Origin: Amoebidium appalachense
Lineage: Eukaryota > Protista > Ichthyosporea
Direction of reading: 5' to 3'
Assembly: GCA_963693365.1 (NCBI GenBank)
Contig: CAVNZM010000013.1
Coordinates: 1,947,817 to 2,011,816 of the forward strand
Length of the DNA: 64,000 bases
Within the stretch, counting starts at the first letter, position 1. Every line of letters starts with the position of its first letter. Of this stretch, positions 20,307-34,803 are shown piece after piece. The position numbers were made by a program, and so were the translations under genes. Below the pieces are notes generated by a model. That model made no database searches. It was not told where the DNA came from and saw only the letters and a list, made by a program, of their open reading frames with translations.

Positions 20307-20759
20307 GCGTGCGTACGTCTGCGTATACACGGTTTTGGTGTGTGTCTGTGTGCGTGCGTGTCTGCGTGCGTGCTGTGGACCCAGTGTTGTGACAAGTAAC
20401 AAGTGCGAAGGTGTGTGACAGTGTGTGTGTGTGTAGTGGCTGGGGGAGGAGGGAAGAGTAAAGAAGCCCCGGTTGTAAAAAAATTTTAATCGGCTTTTGT
20501 AGGTTTGCAGTTGTTATGGTAGGTTTTTCGAGTCATTGAGGTCTGCTTTTTCTTTTCTTTCCCCCCCCCCCCCCTTTTTTTTTTTTTTTTTGCACCCTTC
20601 TTGCCTACACTGGTTAGCGGCTGCAGCTTCTTTCCCGAACCTGACCTGGCGCAGGTCCTGACTCTGGTCCTGACGTCAAGACCATACACAAAATCCTTTC
20701 GAACCCTGTAACACCCTAAGTCCAAAAACACCATATATGGTTACTTAATTTTTCTTCTA

Positions 20760-20815
20760 TTTCCTATTGGATTCCTTTCAAGAATAGTGACGCAGTCGGA
20801 GCCAATAGGAGTCCT
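20760..20815. promoter_or_regulatory. Inverted CCAAT-box pair upstream of GST
   Basis: TCCTATTGG ... CCAATAGGA flanking a TGACGCA (CRE-like) site, about 180 bp upstream of the ATG. Confidence 0.55.
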
Positions 20816-20987
20816 TTAACTTTTTTGTGTGGCTCCTGGCGGGTCGTGAAAAAGTTATTAAAAAAAGAAAAAAAAAAAAAAAAAACACTTGAAACCCTCG
20901 GGATCATTCGTTCTCTCGCACACTCCGTTGTTTTTGTGTTCTCTTTGTTTCCCAGTTTTTTCCCGCCCCCTTTTTACCCTTTTCACC

Positions 20988-21864
20988 ATGGCGCCCAAGC
21001 TTATCTACTTCCCTATCCGTGGGCGTGGCGAGCCCATTCGGCTGGCGCTTGCGGCTGCGGGTGTGAGCTATGAGGAGGAGGTTGTAAACAGAGAAGCAAT
21101 GAAGGAGGCATCGGGCACGGCTGCATTCCCCTTTGGTCAATGTATGTATACCCATCCCTATTATGTGTTGGTAAGATGCTCCCGAAATGTTTCTGTTTAG
21201 GCGTGACCTTTTCCTTTTTCAGTGTGACGTGATGTTTCTACCGTTCACGTCTTTGTCTTCTCTCCTGGTGCATTTCTGAACGGTGTTGTTGTTGTTGCCT
21301 CATAACGGGTGCAGTTGCCGAAGAAGATGTTAGGTTTTTTCCCCTGGGGGGGGGGGGGGGGGGGGAGGGGGGGGGAACAAGGCAGAAAGGGAGAGAGTGC
21401 TTCAACAGAAAGAAGGGGAGGAGAAAGAGAGGGGCAGGACAGAGACAAAATAAAGGGGAGGGAGGGGGGGGAGGGGGGGACCGCGTAAGAGAGAGCAAGA
21501 GAGCTTGTGCATGCCGTATAGTTTCGTTAACTTCCTTTACCAGCAGACCACTTGTAGTTCAGTATAGAATGAAAGCACTAAATGTAAGCATCAGCACACA
21601 ACATTTCCCTTACAACACTAAATCCTCAACATACCTATGCAGGCCCCATCTACGAAGATGGCAACCTTCGTCTGTGCCAGATGGATGCCATTGTTCGCCA
21701 CATTGCACGCGAACACAACCTGTACGGTGGAAGCATCGCGGAGGCGGCGCACATTGACGAGGTGCTTGGCGGCGTGGAGAGCCTAAGGACTAAGTACCTC
21801 GACTTGATCTATGGGTGTGTAGCCCCTTTGCATGCACACACGCATGCACGCGCGCGCGCGCACG

Positions 21865-21922
<58 letters not shown>

Positions 21923-22725
21923 GTCGCGCAACACTGGCACGCACACACGCAAACGCGAAACACGCCTACGGTTCCACAGCACTTGCACACGCACACATAT
22001 CACACACATACGCACCCACATCACACATGGTCACACAACACGAGCACACATTCACACAAACCTAATGCACAGTGTTGTTGTGTTTTCATGCCGTGCTGTG
22101 TCCTTGGGTCGGCTGCCTTCGTTGTAGTGATTGCTTGGATGGTGCTAAGGAGTGCGACCCTTATTCATCACTTCTTCCCGTCTCCCCCCCCCCTCCCCCC
22201 CCTTCCCGGCGCTCCCATCTTCACCACCACCACCAACACACAAAGAACCCCTCTCCTCCCCCCCCCTCCTTCGGTACCCATCATTTTGTGAAGGCACATT
22301 ACCCTGTGCCCTATCCCCCCCCCCCCCCCCCCCCCCACCCCCACCCCCACCCCACCCCACCCACCCCCCAATCCCTCCCCCCTCCCCTCCCCCCTCTCCC
22401 CCCTTGATGGTGAGTTCTCCACAGCCTTTCTGCCTTCATATTTGGTTCTTTCTTTGTGCTGTTCTCTTATTGTGGGTTATTATTGCCTTAGCTTCAAGTT
22501 TACCATCTGCTGAATCTCCCCCCCCCCCCCCCTCCCCCCCCCCCCCTCCCCCTCCCTTCCCCTTAATGGCCTCCCGTGAGGATGGGATACGCTTATGATG
22601 GTATGATCTTATGGTGCTTTCGATTTGTGTTGCCCGTTAAGCATGGGGTATTCGTTCTCGGAAACGCATCCCAGAGCTCCCCCCCTCCCCCCCCCTTCCC
22701 CCCTCCCGACACACACACACACACA

Positions 22726-22811
<86 letters not shown>

Positions 22812-22962
22812 CCTCCTTCCCTCCCTCCCTCCCTCCCTCTCTCGCTCACCCTTTTTATCTTTCTTTCAATTTCTTCAGGCATTACGAACGGTTGTTTGGT
22901 GGTATTCTGAAATGTGTGGGTGTCGATGTGTGTGTGTGTTTGGGCAGCGGGGGGCGGGGGGT

Positions 22963-22998
<36 letters not shown>

Positions 22999-23401
22999 CT
23001 GCAGGGGGGCGGTGAGCGGGGATGACTTGATTATGATGTTTTTGGTATGACGTATAAACACATTAGACTAAACATGAGGTACAATTATACACACGTGCTT
23101 GCCCCAACTCCTCACCCGGCCCCACACCCATCCTCCCCCCCACGGAAGCGATTCTTTTCACCTTAACATGGAAGGAAGCAAGGAAAAAAAAAAAAAAATT
23201 CTATACTCACTCTCAACTTTAAACATCTGTGAATGGCCTCCTATGTTCATTTGGTGTTGTGTGTGTGTGTGTGCGCGCGTGCGCGCGTACCCAGGTGTGT
23301 GTGTGTGTGTGTGTGTGTGTCAAACCCTTCCGGCGCTCTACCTTTGTCCACCGAGGCATTCTTTCTTTCGTTTCTTTCTTTCTTTTTTTTTTTTTTGGTG
23401 G

Positions 23402-23450
<49 letters not shown>

Positions 23451-24182
23451 TCCACAAACACAAATATAAGATGATAACATCGGGGTTCTGTTTTTCCAGG
23501 GCGCAACTTGCGGCAGACGCCAAGGAAAAATACTGCGACCTGCACCTCAAGACGGGGGGGCTCAAGGTCAGGAACGGGGGGGCTCATTTCGGCTATCTCA
23601 GTGGTTATCTCGAGAGGAACACCGGTGGTAACGGTTTTATCGTCGGCAACAAACTGAGCATCGGGGATATTCAGGTGTGTACGGCAAAATAATTGTTGTG
23701 TTGTGTCTGCACGTGCACACGCGCACACACACACACAATCGTGCCCCGTGTGTACACACAAACACACACGTGCACACATGCACACATATCCACTTCTTCC
23801 TGCGCACCACACAACCCAAACTCCATAAACTACCCCAAAACATTCCCCCCCCCCCCCCCCCCCCTCCCCCGGTTATTTGCTCATTATCTTCCTGCTTGTG
23901 ATAACTGCTGTGTACTGGAGGAGCTGGGAATCCTCTAGGCCTTACACCCAACTTGAACTTGGAACTCCCCCCCCCCCCCCCCCCCCCCCCTTCTCTTTCC
24001 GGAGGAGAGAATCTGTTTACGATGCATGCTCTCTGTGTATGCTATGCCGAGTCCATTGGGTTATCCGTCATGTGTACTACGTACTCTGAAACACAATAAT
24101 ATCCCCCCCCCCCCCCCCCCCCCCTCCTAATTTAATTTAATTGCTTGAGTTTGGAGGGCAGGGGAACGTGAAAGCCCCTTGC

Positions 24183-24215
<33 letters not shown>

Positions 24216-24225
24216 GCGCGCGCGT

Positions 24226-24299
<74 letters not shown>

Positions 24300-24416
24300 C
24301 CACACAACCGCCCCCCCCCCCCCCCCTCCCCCACCCCCTTCCCCCCCCTCACACACACACACAACTTCCCCCCACCCCCTCCCCCTCTCACACACCCTCC
24401 TCCCCACCGTACACCC

Positions 24417-24460
<44 letters not shown>

Positions 24461-24664
24461 ATTCTGACCACCTGACCTCCACCCAATCAGCTCTTCGACA
24501 TTGTCGACATCCACATGCGTGATGCTCTCTTCCCGGGCGTTATTCAGTCCACCTGGCCCGTCCTTGCCGCCCACCACAAGAAGATATCCGAAATTCCCGA
24601 AATTGCGGCATATCTCGCATCAGACAGGCGGATGGCTGCCGTCAACGGAAACAGCCTGGGCTGA
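20988..24664 (+). CDS. Glutathione S-transferase (Pi/Sigma-like); exons 20988-21141, 21643-21814, 23500-23674, 24491-24664
   Basis: [21 protein letters not shown]...[33 protein letters not shown].../...[19 protein letters not shown]...PEIAAYLAS...NGNSLG*; phases consistent. Confidence 0.95.
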
Positions 24665-25103
24665 GCAAATATACTGATCGGGGCCTGTATTCTTATTCTG
24701 AAGATAAATCTACTGATAAGACTGTGCACTAACCAAAAAATTCGGTATATCCCCTCATGTCTGACGAACCGGCCACGGAGCTATTGAGCACAGTTGCACT
24801 ACCAACTGAAACCCACGGCTTACAAATCATAACAAAACCTTCTCAATATTATGGTAGGGAATTCTCCGGTGTATAAAAATACTCTTCTCTACTCCCCCCC
24901 TCCCTCCCCCCCATCTTCAGTCCCAGTCAGTTTCTCCCGTCCGCTCTCATAGAAAACATATTGATTTCACTCTCCCTGCCATCCCCCATCACCCCACTTA
25001 AATAAGCGCCACACCCGCCATCCCCACCGGCCGGTCTCCTTCTCTGAGACTCCATCTCTTTCGTTCACCCTTCTCGAGCTCCTTCCCTCATTCTATTAGA
25101 AAA

Positions 25104-25158
<55 letters not shown>

Positions 25159-26277
25159 GGCACACCCATACCAGTATACACACACAGGAACAAGCACATG
25201 GACAAATATACACACACCCATGTACACATGTGCGCGCGCGACACGGTACACATGCACATACAAACACGTTCAAGTGCATGCGCATATACACACTTGCGAG
25301 CACGCAATTGTAAGAAGACAATATGGCCACACATACACACCCTCAGAGTCTCTCCCCCTCCGGCGTTGTATCACCTTTTTCCTCGTCCCCACTCTCCCCT
25401 GGGCCCTCCCTCCGCATCCCCCTGTGCTCGCTACATGTGCACCTCCCTCTCCCTCCCTGGGCCTGCTAGGCCCCCCCCTCTCACTCACTCACTCACTCTC
25501 TCTCTCTGTCTCTCCCTCTCTCTCCCTCCCGCTCTCTCTCTCCCTCCCTCCCTCCCTCCCTCCCTCCCTCCCTCCCTCCCTCCCTCCCTCCCCTCTCTCT
25601 CTCTCTCTCTCTCTCTCGCTCTCTCGCTCTCTCTCTCTCTCTCTCTTTCCTCTCTTTTTCCCTCCTCCTCTCTCCCTTTAGAGATCCACCTCCCTCAGAT
25701 CCCGGAGCTCCCTCCCGAGCCTCCGGTTGTATCTAGGAGGCCTTGCTCCGGCCTCGACGTTTGGCGTCTGCAGACTACAAAAAAAAACAGTAGGCTAGCA
25801 GCGCAGAGCCACGGGAAGGCGGCGCATTTCAACGGATAAATTTTAGCAAAGTGTTCCCCTATTGGCTAAAAATCACATTCGTCATCAGGGGTCAACAACG
25901 ACCACTACGTTTCCACTATGTACATACAGTTTCATCATCATGTCTCACTGAGGTTTCTTTGTGACCGGGGTTTATACATCACTTTTGCCTTGTTTTTCCT
26001 TTTAGTGTATGAAATAGTTTTTATTTGAAACCCGACTATTCCTTAACCGAAAGGTACCTCTGCGAGCCAGCAGTATTTATATAAAAAGAGTGTGAACATG
26101 GCCATCTTTGCGCGGTGAATAGCAACAAATATTTACCTCGCTCCTATTGGTCACCGTGTGAACATGCACAGCAAACGGAACCTACAATAAACAGGCTACG
26201 CGTGCCGCAAACAAAGTCACTGAACTTCAACAAACAACACACCAAAAATGCTTAGAAACGTCCTCTACTTTTTCTTT

Positions 26278-26324
<47 letters not shown>

Positions 26325-26452
26325 TTAACCGTGGGTCTGTGAGGGATGGGGGTAGAGAGAACGAGAGACATCCGCAACCGGAGTCCACTGAGGGGAGTGG
26401 GTGGGTTCAAGTGAGTGTGTGTGTGTGTGTGTTTTTTTTTTGTTTTTTGTTT

Positions 26453-26497
<45 letters not shown>

Positions 26498-26634
26498 CTC
26501 AGACTGTGTGTGGCAGAGTACGATATGGTGCACGCTCATGACGGAACCACTAGGCTGACTATGCAAAGCACGCACAAAAAACTGACCAGGCCATCCACAG
26601 TACTCGAGTCTAGACCCTTGGAGGGTAGATTATA

Positions 26635-26668
<34 letters not shown>

Positions 26669-27178
26669 GGCTCGGGGAAAGAAAGCATAATGGTTTTTGG
26701 GACTGGCTGAGTGTGTAATGCTGTTATCGCCCCTAACAAGTGCTGTTTTGGTTTTAAAACATACATTAACAGGAAAACTTATTTTTGCTATATTGTTTTG
26801 TAGAAAAATTAATAGTCCTGCAGGTAGCGCTGCAGGCCCGGGTGACAAATTTAACTTGGTTTGTCACCTGACGAAAATGGTGCGTAAAGATTTGGCTGAT
26901 TTTGGGTAACACCTGTTACATGCAAAGGAAGAACAACAAAGGTGAAAGCATGAGACTGGTGGGAAGGGTTACCATGGGTGGAAGCCTTATCGATAAACTA
27001 CAGCACTTCAAAAGTCCGACAAGGGGTGTAATAGTACAAGGGGGTGGGGGGTGGGGAGGGAGGGGGGATGGGTGGGTGGGTGGAGGGCGGAGGAGCTCTA
27101 GAGGAAGGAGGGGGGGGGGGGGGGGGGGGGGAGGGAGAGGGGCAAGGGGGGGATGGGGGAGGGGCGGGTGGTGGTGGT

Positions 27179-27209
<31 letters not shown>

Positions 27210-27291
27210 GAGAGAGAGAGAGATTGCGAATGCTAGCCGTCATCCCCCTTCCCCCTCAGCCCCTCCCCCCTTCCCCCCCTTCCTCCCTCCT

Positions 27292-27350
<59 letters not shown>

Positions 27351-27597
27351 TTGAAGGGCCCCTTCCCCTTCCTCCGAGAAGCACCAACCACCACCACCAG
27401 CAAAAAGAAAAAGAAAAAAAAAAAAGAAAGAAAAGAAAAGAAGGGAAAAAAACAACCCAGGGGGCACACAATGTAGCACAAAAATAATAAAGAAGCGCAC
27501 AAACAAAAGGCAACCGCACAAGCTCGTACACACACAGGGGCACTGCGCCCACGCTTGCGGGCGCGCACGCACGCACACACGCACACACACGCACGCG

Positions 27598-27684
<87 letters not shown>

Positions 27685-27829
27685 CCGCATGCACACCGGC
27701 ACACCGGCACACTGTGACATACACCACTTTCACGTGTGCGCACACATGCATACGCGCCGTGGCATGCATAATCACACAAGCACGCATGTGTGCACACGTA
27801 CAGACTCACAATATGACAATGGATAGTGG

Positions 27830-27900
<71 letters not shown>

Positions 27901-28006
27901 CACAGGTTCGTGCACTCACACATACCTATGAACGCACAACTCGCGCGCACACTCACTCGCACACACACATGCCCGGGTGCGCGGCGCGTGCGAGCACTTG
28001 CGCGCG

Positions 28007-28068
<62 letters not shown>

Positions 28069-28356
28069 GATGGCACCTGCCAACTATCCCGTGCACCGAA
28101 GACATAACACAAAACGGCAAAATAACCGTACAAACAGCGAAAAGTTGATTTTTCTCGGGTGTTGTTTCGTGTGCAGCCAGTGCATCAGACCCAAAACCGC
28201 AGTAATTTCATTCATCAAAAATTTGAAACTTGTTTAACCTCGCAACTAAATCAGTACTGTGCAGTTACTGAGAGCATGTAGCATTATGATACTACTACCT
28301 CTTCCCATTCCAGAATTTGCGGTGACAAAAAAAAAGGGAAAATGGGATCTTCCTAT

Positions 28357-29570
28357 TTAATCGCGCGTAACGCGGTTGAAAAACATCTTCAGCACCCTCC
28401 TGGTGTCCACCTCCACGCACACATCCACCTTCGTCTGATTGAGATAGAACCTGTTTGGTCTATCGACGAGTGTCTGCCCGTCCGTCAGACCGCCGGTAGC
28501 GACACGCACGGCATGGTGGATGGTCTTGAACATGGTGGGGTCGAGGACATAGGCCACGGCCGAGGGGTCATGTGCGTACAGTAGGCGCTTGCCAAGCTTC
28601 TGGAGGTGGAAGTTAACGTAGTGGGGGATGATGCGCGTGATGAGCTTGGGCAGCGGCTTGTCCACCTGTGGGAGAAAGGAAAATTGTTAGTTGACAGTAT
28701 TGGAAGGCGGTGGTGGCAGATGAGCCTCGAAGGAGAGGGAGGCTATAGAAGGGATGTACACAGGTGGTAGTTCTAAAATAAATAGAAAAATAAAATTACA
28801 TAAACCTAAATAAGAGTACGGGCACACACCTGAGCAAGGCGGTTGAGGTATGCCTCGTCCATGATGGTCTTTGTGGTCACATCCAACCCAACCATGGTGA
28901 TGTTCTTCCACGGCGCACGGAACACAACATCAGCAGCCTCCGGGTCATCATAAACATTCGCCTCGGAAACGGGGGAGACGTTTCCGGCTGCGGCCATGTT
29001 ACCACCCATCATAACGATGGCTTTGACGGCCTGTGCAATGCGTGGTTCCATGCGGTAGGCAAGTGCAATGTTGGTGAGCGAGCCGATGGGAATGAGCGTG
29101 ATTTCACCCGGGCGTGCCATTACTGTGTCGATGATAAACTGGGCGGCATTCTTCTCAATGGGCTTGGTGGTGGGCGCAACATCGTTGATGCCACAGTCAC
29201 CCATGCCGTCATTTCCGTGCACGAGAACGGGTGGGGAGCGGTGGTGCTCGCGGAACAGGCACTCGCTCGAGCCCTGGGCGACAGGGATGTCGGTGCGGTT
29301 GGCAAGTTCCAGAAGACGCAGTGCGTTTCTGGTGGTTTCCGGTGTGCGCTGGTTGCCGAAACTGGTGGTGACACCGACGATTTCAAGCTCGGGGGACTTG
29401 ATGGCAAGGAAGAGGGCGAGCATGTCGTCAATGCCTGGGTCGGTGTCGATGATGACAGACTCACGCACAACAGGCTTGGGCTTGTTGGCCGTGTGGCTGT
29501 GGATCCTGCCCGGGGCGGCAACAGCGGCCGCTAGGGTGAGAGACAGGAAGTAGAGGACGTTTCCGATCAT
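28357..29570 (-). CDS. Inosine/uridine-preferring nucleoside hydrolase with signal peptide; exons 29570-28830 and 28665-28357
   Basis: IIDTDPGIDD, VHGNDGMGD, IGSLTNIA, MGG, EANVYDDPEAA, VGLDVT and HDP motifs. Hydrophobic N-terminus MIGNVLYFLSLTLAAAVAA. Confidence 0.95.
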
Positions 29571-29757
29571 TTTCGGCGTGATACTGAAGTGATGAGTTGG
29601 TCGGGGTAGGTAGACAGTAGACACGCGCACTCGATGGCAGGTTCTTGTTGGAGGTTGGCGGCGTGTGTTTGTCACGACTGCTCGCGTCTGCAGAATGAAA
29701 AATGCTTCTTGGATGTGCGGTTTATATAGCATCGCGGTGAGCCGCTTAATTCGAGAT

Positions 29758-29815
29758 CTATCCAATAGGATTTAGGTAAATACATCTGACCAATAGCTAG
29801 AGCCAATATATTGGT
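29758..29815. promoter_or_regulatory. CCAAT cluster upstream of the nucleoside hydrolase
   Basis: CCAATAG twice and CCAATATATTGG within about 55 bp. Confidence 0.5.
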
Positions 29816-30985
29816 CTTTTGCGTTTCTCATTACTTAGATTTCTCCGGCAGTTGGTTGATTTGATTTGCAACAAATAGGAGCGCACAACAATAATTAATT
29901 GCATCCCAGCATATACTGGGCCGGCTCGCTGAAGTTGCTAAGGCTCTGAGGCTGCCTTTTTGTGTAAGGCCGGGTTCTTTATTCACTTACTATTCTATTT
30001 CCGGTTTCAAAATGCTGCAATATAAATTTTAAATAGATTGTCTGCTCTAGCGCTAGCACTACTAAGGCTTCTGCAGCATGTTATAGTTTGCCATCGGATG
30101 CGAAACCTAGATTGATCAATGCAAGCAGCTGCAGCCTGCAGAAATCATTTCAGTTTCCTGAGATAGATGGATGGATGGTTCATACATACATAGTGTGTAC
30201 CATGATTACTTCATGTATGGACCCCCCCAGAACAGAGTAGAAGGCACCACGGCACGCACGTATACATAAACGTACCGAAAGGCGCTTACTGCCACGATAC
30301 ATGTCTCCATGATAAGTTGGGATTTCTAATAGCGACATATTATTATGTGTTTGCAATTGTCGGATTTGTGTAGCAAGCTTGAGCTGGCCCTATGGAGATA
30401 TATATGGCTTGGCAAATTACGCATACACCTTTTCCAACCCTCCTGAGGCACCTTCGTACTATCCACCTGTCCGTTCCTTATCCTCTTTCCTCTGTAATTT
30501 CTAATCTCTATGCCTACATCATATCGTCGGGTGCTGCCTTATCTTATCCCTCTTTGTTATCACACCTCGTTTTCTTCTTCGCATCTCCTGGCAGGAGCCG
30601 GCCCTGAGTTCCAAACTGAGGGAAAGGGGCCTTCTGGTTGGGGGGGGGGGGGGGGGGGGGGGGGGGGAGGAGGGAGGGAGGGAGGGAGGGATGGGATGTA
30701 TTAATTAGGCAGTTTTTGAATCTTGCCCCCCCCCCCCCCCCCCCCCCCCTGTATTAATTAGGCAGTTTTTGAATCTTGCCCCTCCCCCTTCCCCCCCCCC
30801 CCCCCCCCCCCCGCCCCCCCCCCCTCCCTGCCGCTCTTTATATCTCTCAAATCTTTCATGTCTTAATTCCTGGACACACACTCCACCACCACACAGGCTA
30901 CCCAACACCACCACTTCAACGCAACTGTTCTGAGATGCTGTTCTGAATATTTAAGCCCCCCCCCCCCCCCCCCCCCCCCCCCCTT

Positions 30986-31089
<104 letters not shown>

Positions 31090-31099
31090 AGAGGACACA

Positions 31100-31152
<53 letters not shown>

Positions 31153-31580
31153 ACACCCCTCCAAGCAGGGCAATCCCATTCTTCTTCCCTTCAACCCCTT
31201 TACTTAAAATTCTTCCTCTTTCACTTCATACTTACCTCTCTTTTTTCCTGCAGCTGACATCACAGAGGGAATACCTGAATGCAACACAGTGTGAGTGTGA
31301 CTGATTAATGAGAAAGCACATACGCCTAAATTTGGAAATTTGCCTTAATTTGGAAATTACGCCTAAATCTGGAGCTTTGGGGGTATGTGAGGGACCACCG
31401 CTGGTGGAAAGTTATGTGTGGAATGATTACTGTGTCGATGTAGGGGAGGTGCACGTGTGTGTGTCTCTGTCTGTGTGTGTTTGTCTGTGTCTCCCTGTGT
31501 GTGTGTGTCCGTGTCCGTGTCGGTGTCTGTGTCTGTGTCTGTGTCGTGTCTCTGTCTGTCAGGTGTCTGTGTCTGATCAT

Positions 31581-31689
<109 letters not shown>

Positions 31690-34022
31690 TGTGCGCGTGT
31701 GTGTGTATGCATGCGCATGTGCGGGTGTGTATGTGATAACAACGAAAGCTGTATATTTGTAGTTGACTACTCTGCACCTTAAACTTGATCGTGGATTTTT
31801 TTCTACTTTTTTCTGATTGCAATATGGGAGCTTTTGAAATAGTAATTGTTTATGGAATACCCAAGAGTACTTTGAAACCGAAATGATTCACTCTGATATA
31901 TGATGCCGTACTAGCAAACGTTGTAAACGAATTGGCAGAAAAGTATACTGTTTTTTTGTTTTAGCAGGTGTGTTATTTGAAAGTCGATGGAGGGAGGGGA
32001 CGAATGTGTGTATGGGTAAGTGGCGCGGGGAGGGGGGGAGGGGGGGGAGGGAGGGGGGGGGGGGGGGGGGGGGGGGGGGATACTTCTGAAATAGCTAGCT
32101 CCTCTGCTTCAAGGGCCTCATTACATATTTATCGTATGATGTATTCACAATCTCCTATCAACTCGATGAAGGTATTTTACTACGGAGAGACTTGTACAGG
32201 CCGCTAAAATGCATATATGTAATAATGTTTTTCTGGGAGTGTGTTACAATGAAGATAATCATTCTAAGGTGTGCCATGGAAGTGCATAAAACAATTAAAA
32301 AAAGTAGGAATATACTGTATGTGAGACTCGAAATAAGACAATAACTACAGTATGAACGGATTGCCGTTTTCATGTAGGCCCCTGTAGGCCCGTGCATAGT
32401 CTCATAGTCTCATTGTTGTTCTAGTGCAGCATCATATATATAGGCATACCGTATCATAGATATCCCACATGGGCCGCACACAACACAATCTCTAACAATG
32501 AAATTCCACATCACAAATATTCCGCTGGATGGGGAGGGTGGGAGGATGGCATATCCTTTACAACATTCACGTGTATATACGTATACAGCGCTATACTATG
32601 GTAATACCACCTTCCGGGTACTGTAGTTTTTATCGATAGATTGGCCTTGTACTCGTAGTTCTTACGACACGGATCATCTGACCATTTCAATAATTAATAT
32701 TTGTCCCACAACCAAGCCACTTAACATTGAGACGAATATAGCCGTGTGGTTATCACTGGTGTCTTTCGTGACCAACACCACCTGGCCACAGCAATGTGGC
32801 ACATGCACCTCTTTTGACCGTGCCTTTTGAAGGTTGCAGTCTGGGTTGGTACATGCGGTTATCCTACATACAACTTCTGATCAGCTAAAAAGCTCTTTTC
32901 CAAGACTCCTCCCCCCCTCCCCCCCCCCCCCCCTCCCCTCCCCCCCCCGAAAGCCCCCTGCTTCCCTCCTTCCCGCCCCTCCATCCTGACAACCCCACCC
33001 CCTCCCCCTCCCCCCCACACACACAAAAAAAAAAACCTCCCTTTCAAGAGATTTAAAATAAACATGAAACCAGAAAAATGAGGGATTAAACAAGTCAAGT
33101 GATTATGTTTTGCACTGCACATGACTTAAGATCTAGAGGCATGGAACTTGCTCTTTTGTTTATACATTCAACTGTCTCATCACACTAGACGTGAACTTAT
33201 TTTTGTGCATCGGATAGATCATTCTCATTGAGTTTCCCGGGTGTCCGCACAGCTGCAGATGAAGAATTCCATAAAATTGGTGTTTATTAATCACACTGAA
33301 GCCTCATAGGTTGTGATAGCTCCGTATTTATTCAAATACGCACAGACCATTTGGTGCCAGAGCTTACGGTACGCACTGGCAACCGTTACAGCAGTTACAG
33401 TTGCCATATCAGACTGGGGGCTGAGACATTAGTGGGACCACTAGTACTGAAAGGGGAAAATCATTGTTATAATAACAGTAATAAGGAATTACAGTCCCCA
33501 CAACTTCTGCCCAAGCCAGCTGATGACTGTCACATATTAAGCGTCAAAATAGGTGCTATGGTAGGCTGAGTATTTGAGTACACCAGTGTGTGCACTGTTC
33601 ACAGCAACTTGCGAAATTTCAGGGAAAAAACAACGTTCTGTGAGGGTTGAAGTGGTTGTAGTAGTAGATGGTTGTTCGGTGGGTGGGTCGATTGGGGAGA
33701 GGGAGAGGAAGGGCAATCATGTGACGGCGCGGGTTGATGAGTTTTTGCAACGTAGTAGAGGGCCAAACCAACCGCTATCTTTTAAAAATTTACCAATCTA
33801 TTTTTGCTCTGCAGTAAATGCAGAACAAAGGCTATCGGAGGTTGGCCACATCCCCGAGTGGCTACATTGCAAAGGCGTGTGATCTACTAGTTTCTGATCG
33901 TGATTGTGGGACAAAGATTTGGTTGGAGTTAAGCAGCTTTTGGGCACGCATGACAAGGCACGTGCATATGTATTTAGGGCCAGCCTGAGAGGGCGAATGG
34001 GGTGCACTTGTAGCTCTGTTCA

Positions 34023-34077
<55 letters not shown>

Positions 34078-34154
34078 ACGTGTACACCTCCCACTCGCCT
34101 GAGCACACACAACTGGAAGTAGGTTTTGTGAGTAACGGGGGTGGGGGGTGGGGG

Positions 34155-34279
<125 letters not shown>

Positions 34280-34772
34280 AGGGAGGGAGAGAGAGAGGGA
34301 GAGAGAGAGTGTGTGTGTGTGTGTGGTGAGGGGAGGGGTATGGGGGGGGGGGGGGGGGGGGGTTACCATGGCATTTCTGCATCGATTATATTGCAGAGCT
34401 CTATTCATTCCTCGAACGGGGCCCCAGATACACCCACCCTCTATACTGTCAAATTTAGAATGTATATATTATAGGAATTTCAACTGGAATAGAGGCCAAG
34501 GACACTACACAATCACGAGCATAGTAGGGTACTTGGTGTGACTCTTGAGGCTTGTTGAGGCCAAATCCTGTAAGCAGTCACACTCGCAGTTGATGTCAGT
34601 GTATGAAACGTGGATATGCCTTTGGTTCTATGTAGTAAGAGATGCCACTCTTGGTTGTGTTGCGGAGCGGGATTTGGAAATTCGATCAAGGGAGGGCTGG
34701 GGAGTGGGGGGGAGGAGGGGGGGAGGGAGGGGGGGGATAGGGGGGGGGGGGGGGGGGGGGGGGGGGAAGGGG

Positions 34773-34803
<31 letters not shown>

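Noticed and set aside
29068-29553. Antisense ORFs over the nucleoside hydrolase, tRNase Z and methyltransferase
   Set aside because: Shadow ORFs of real coding strands.
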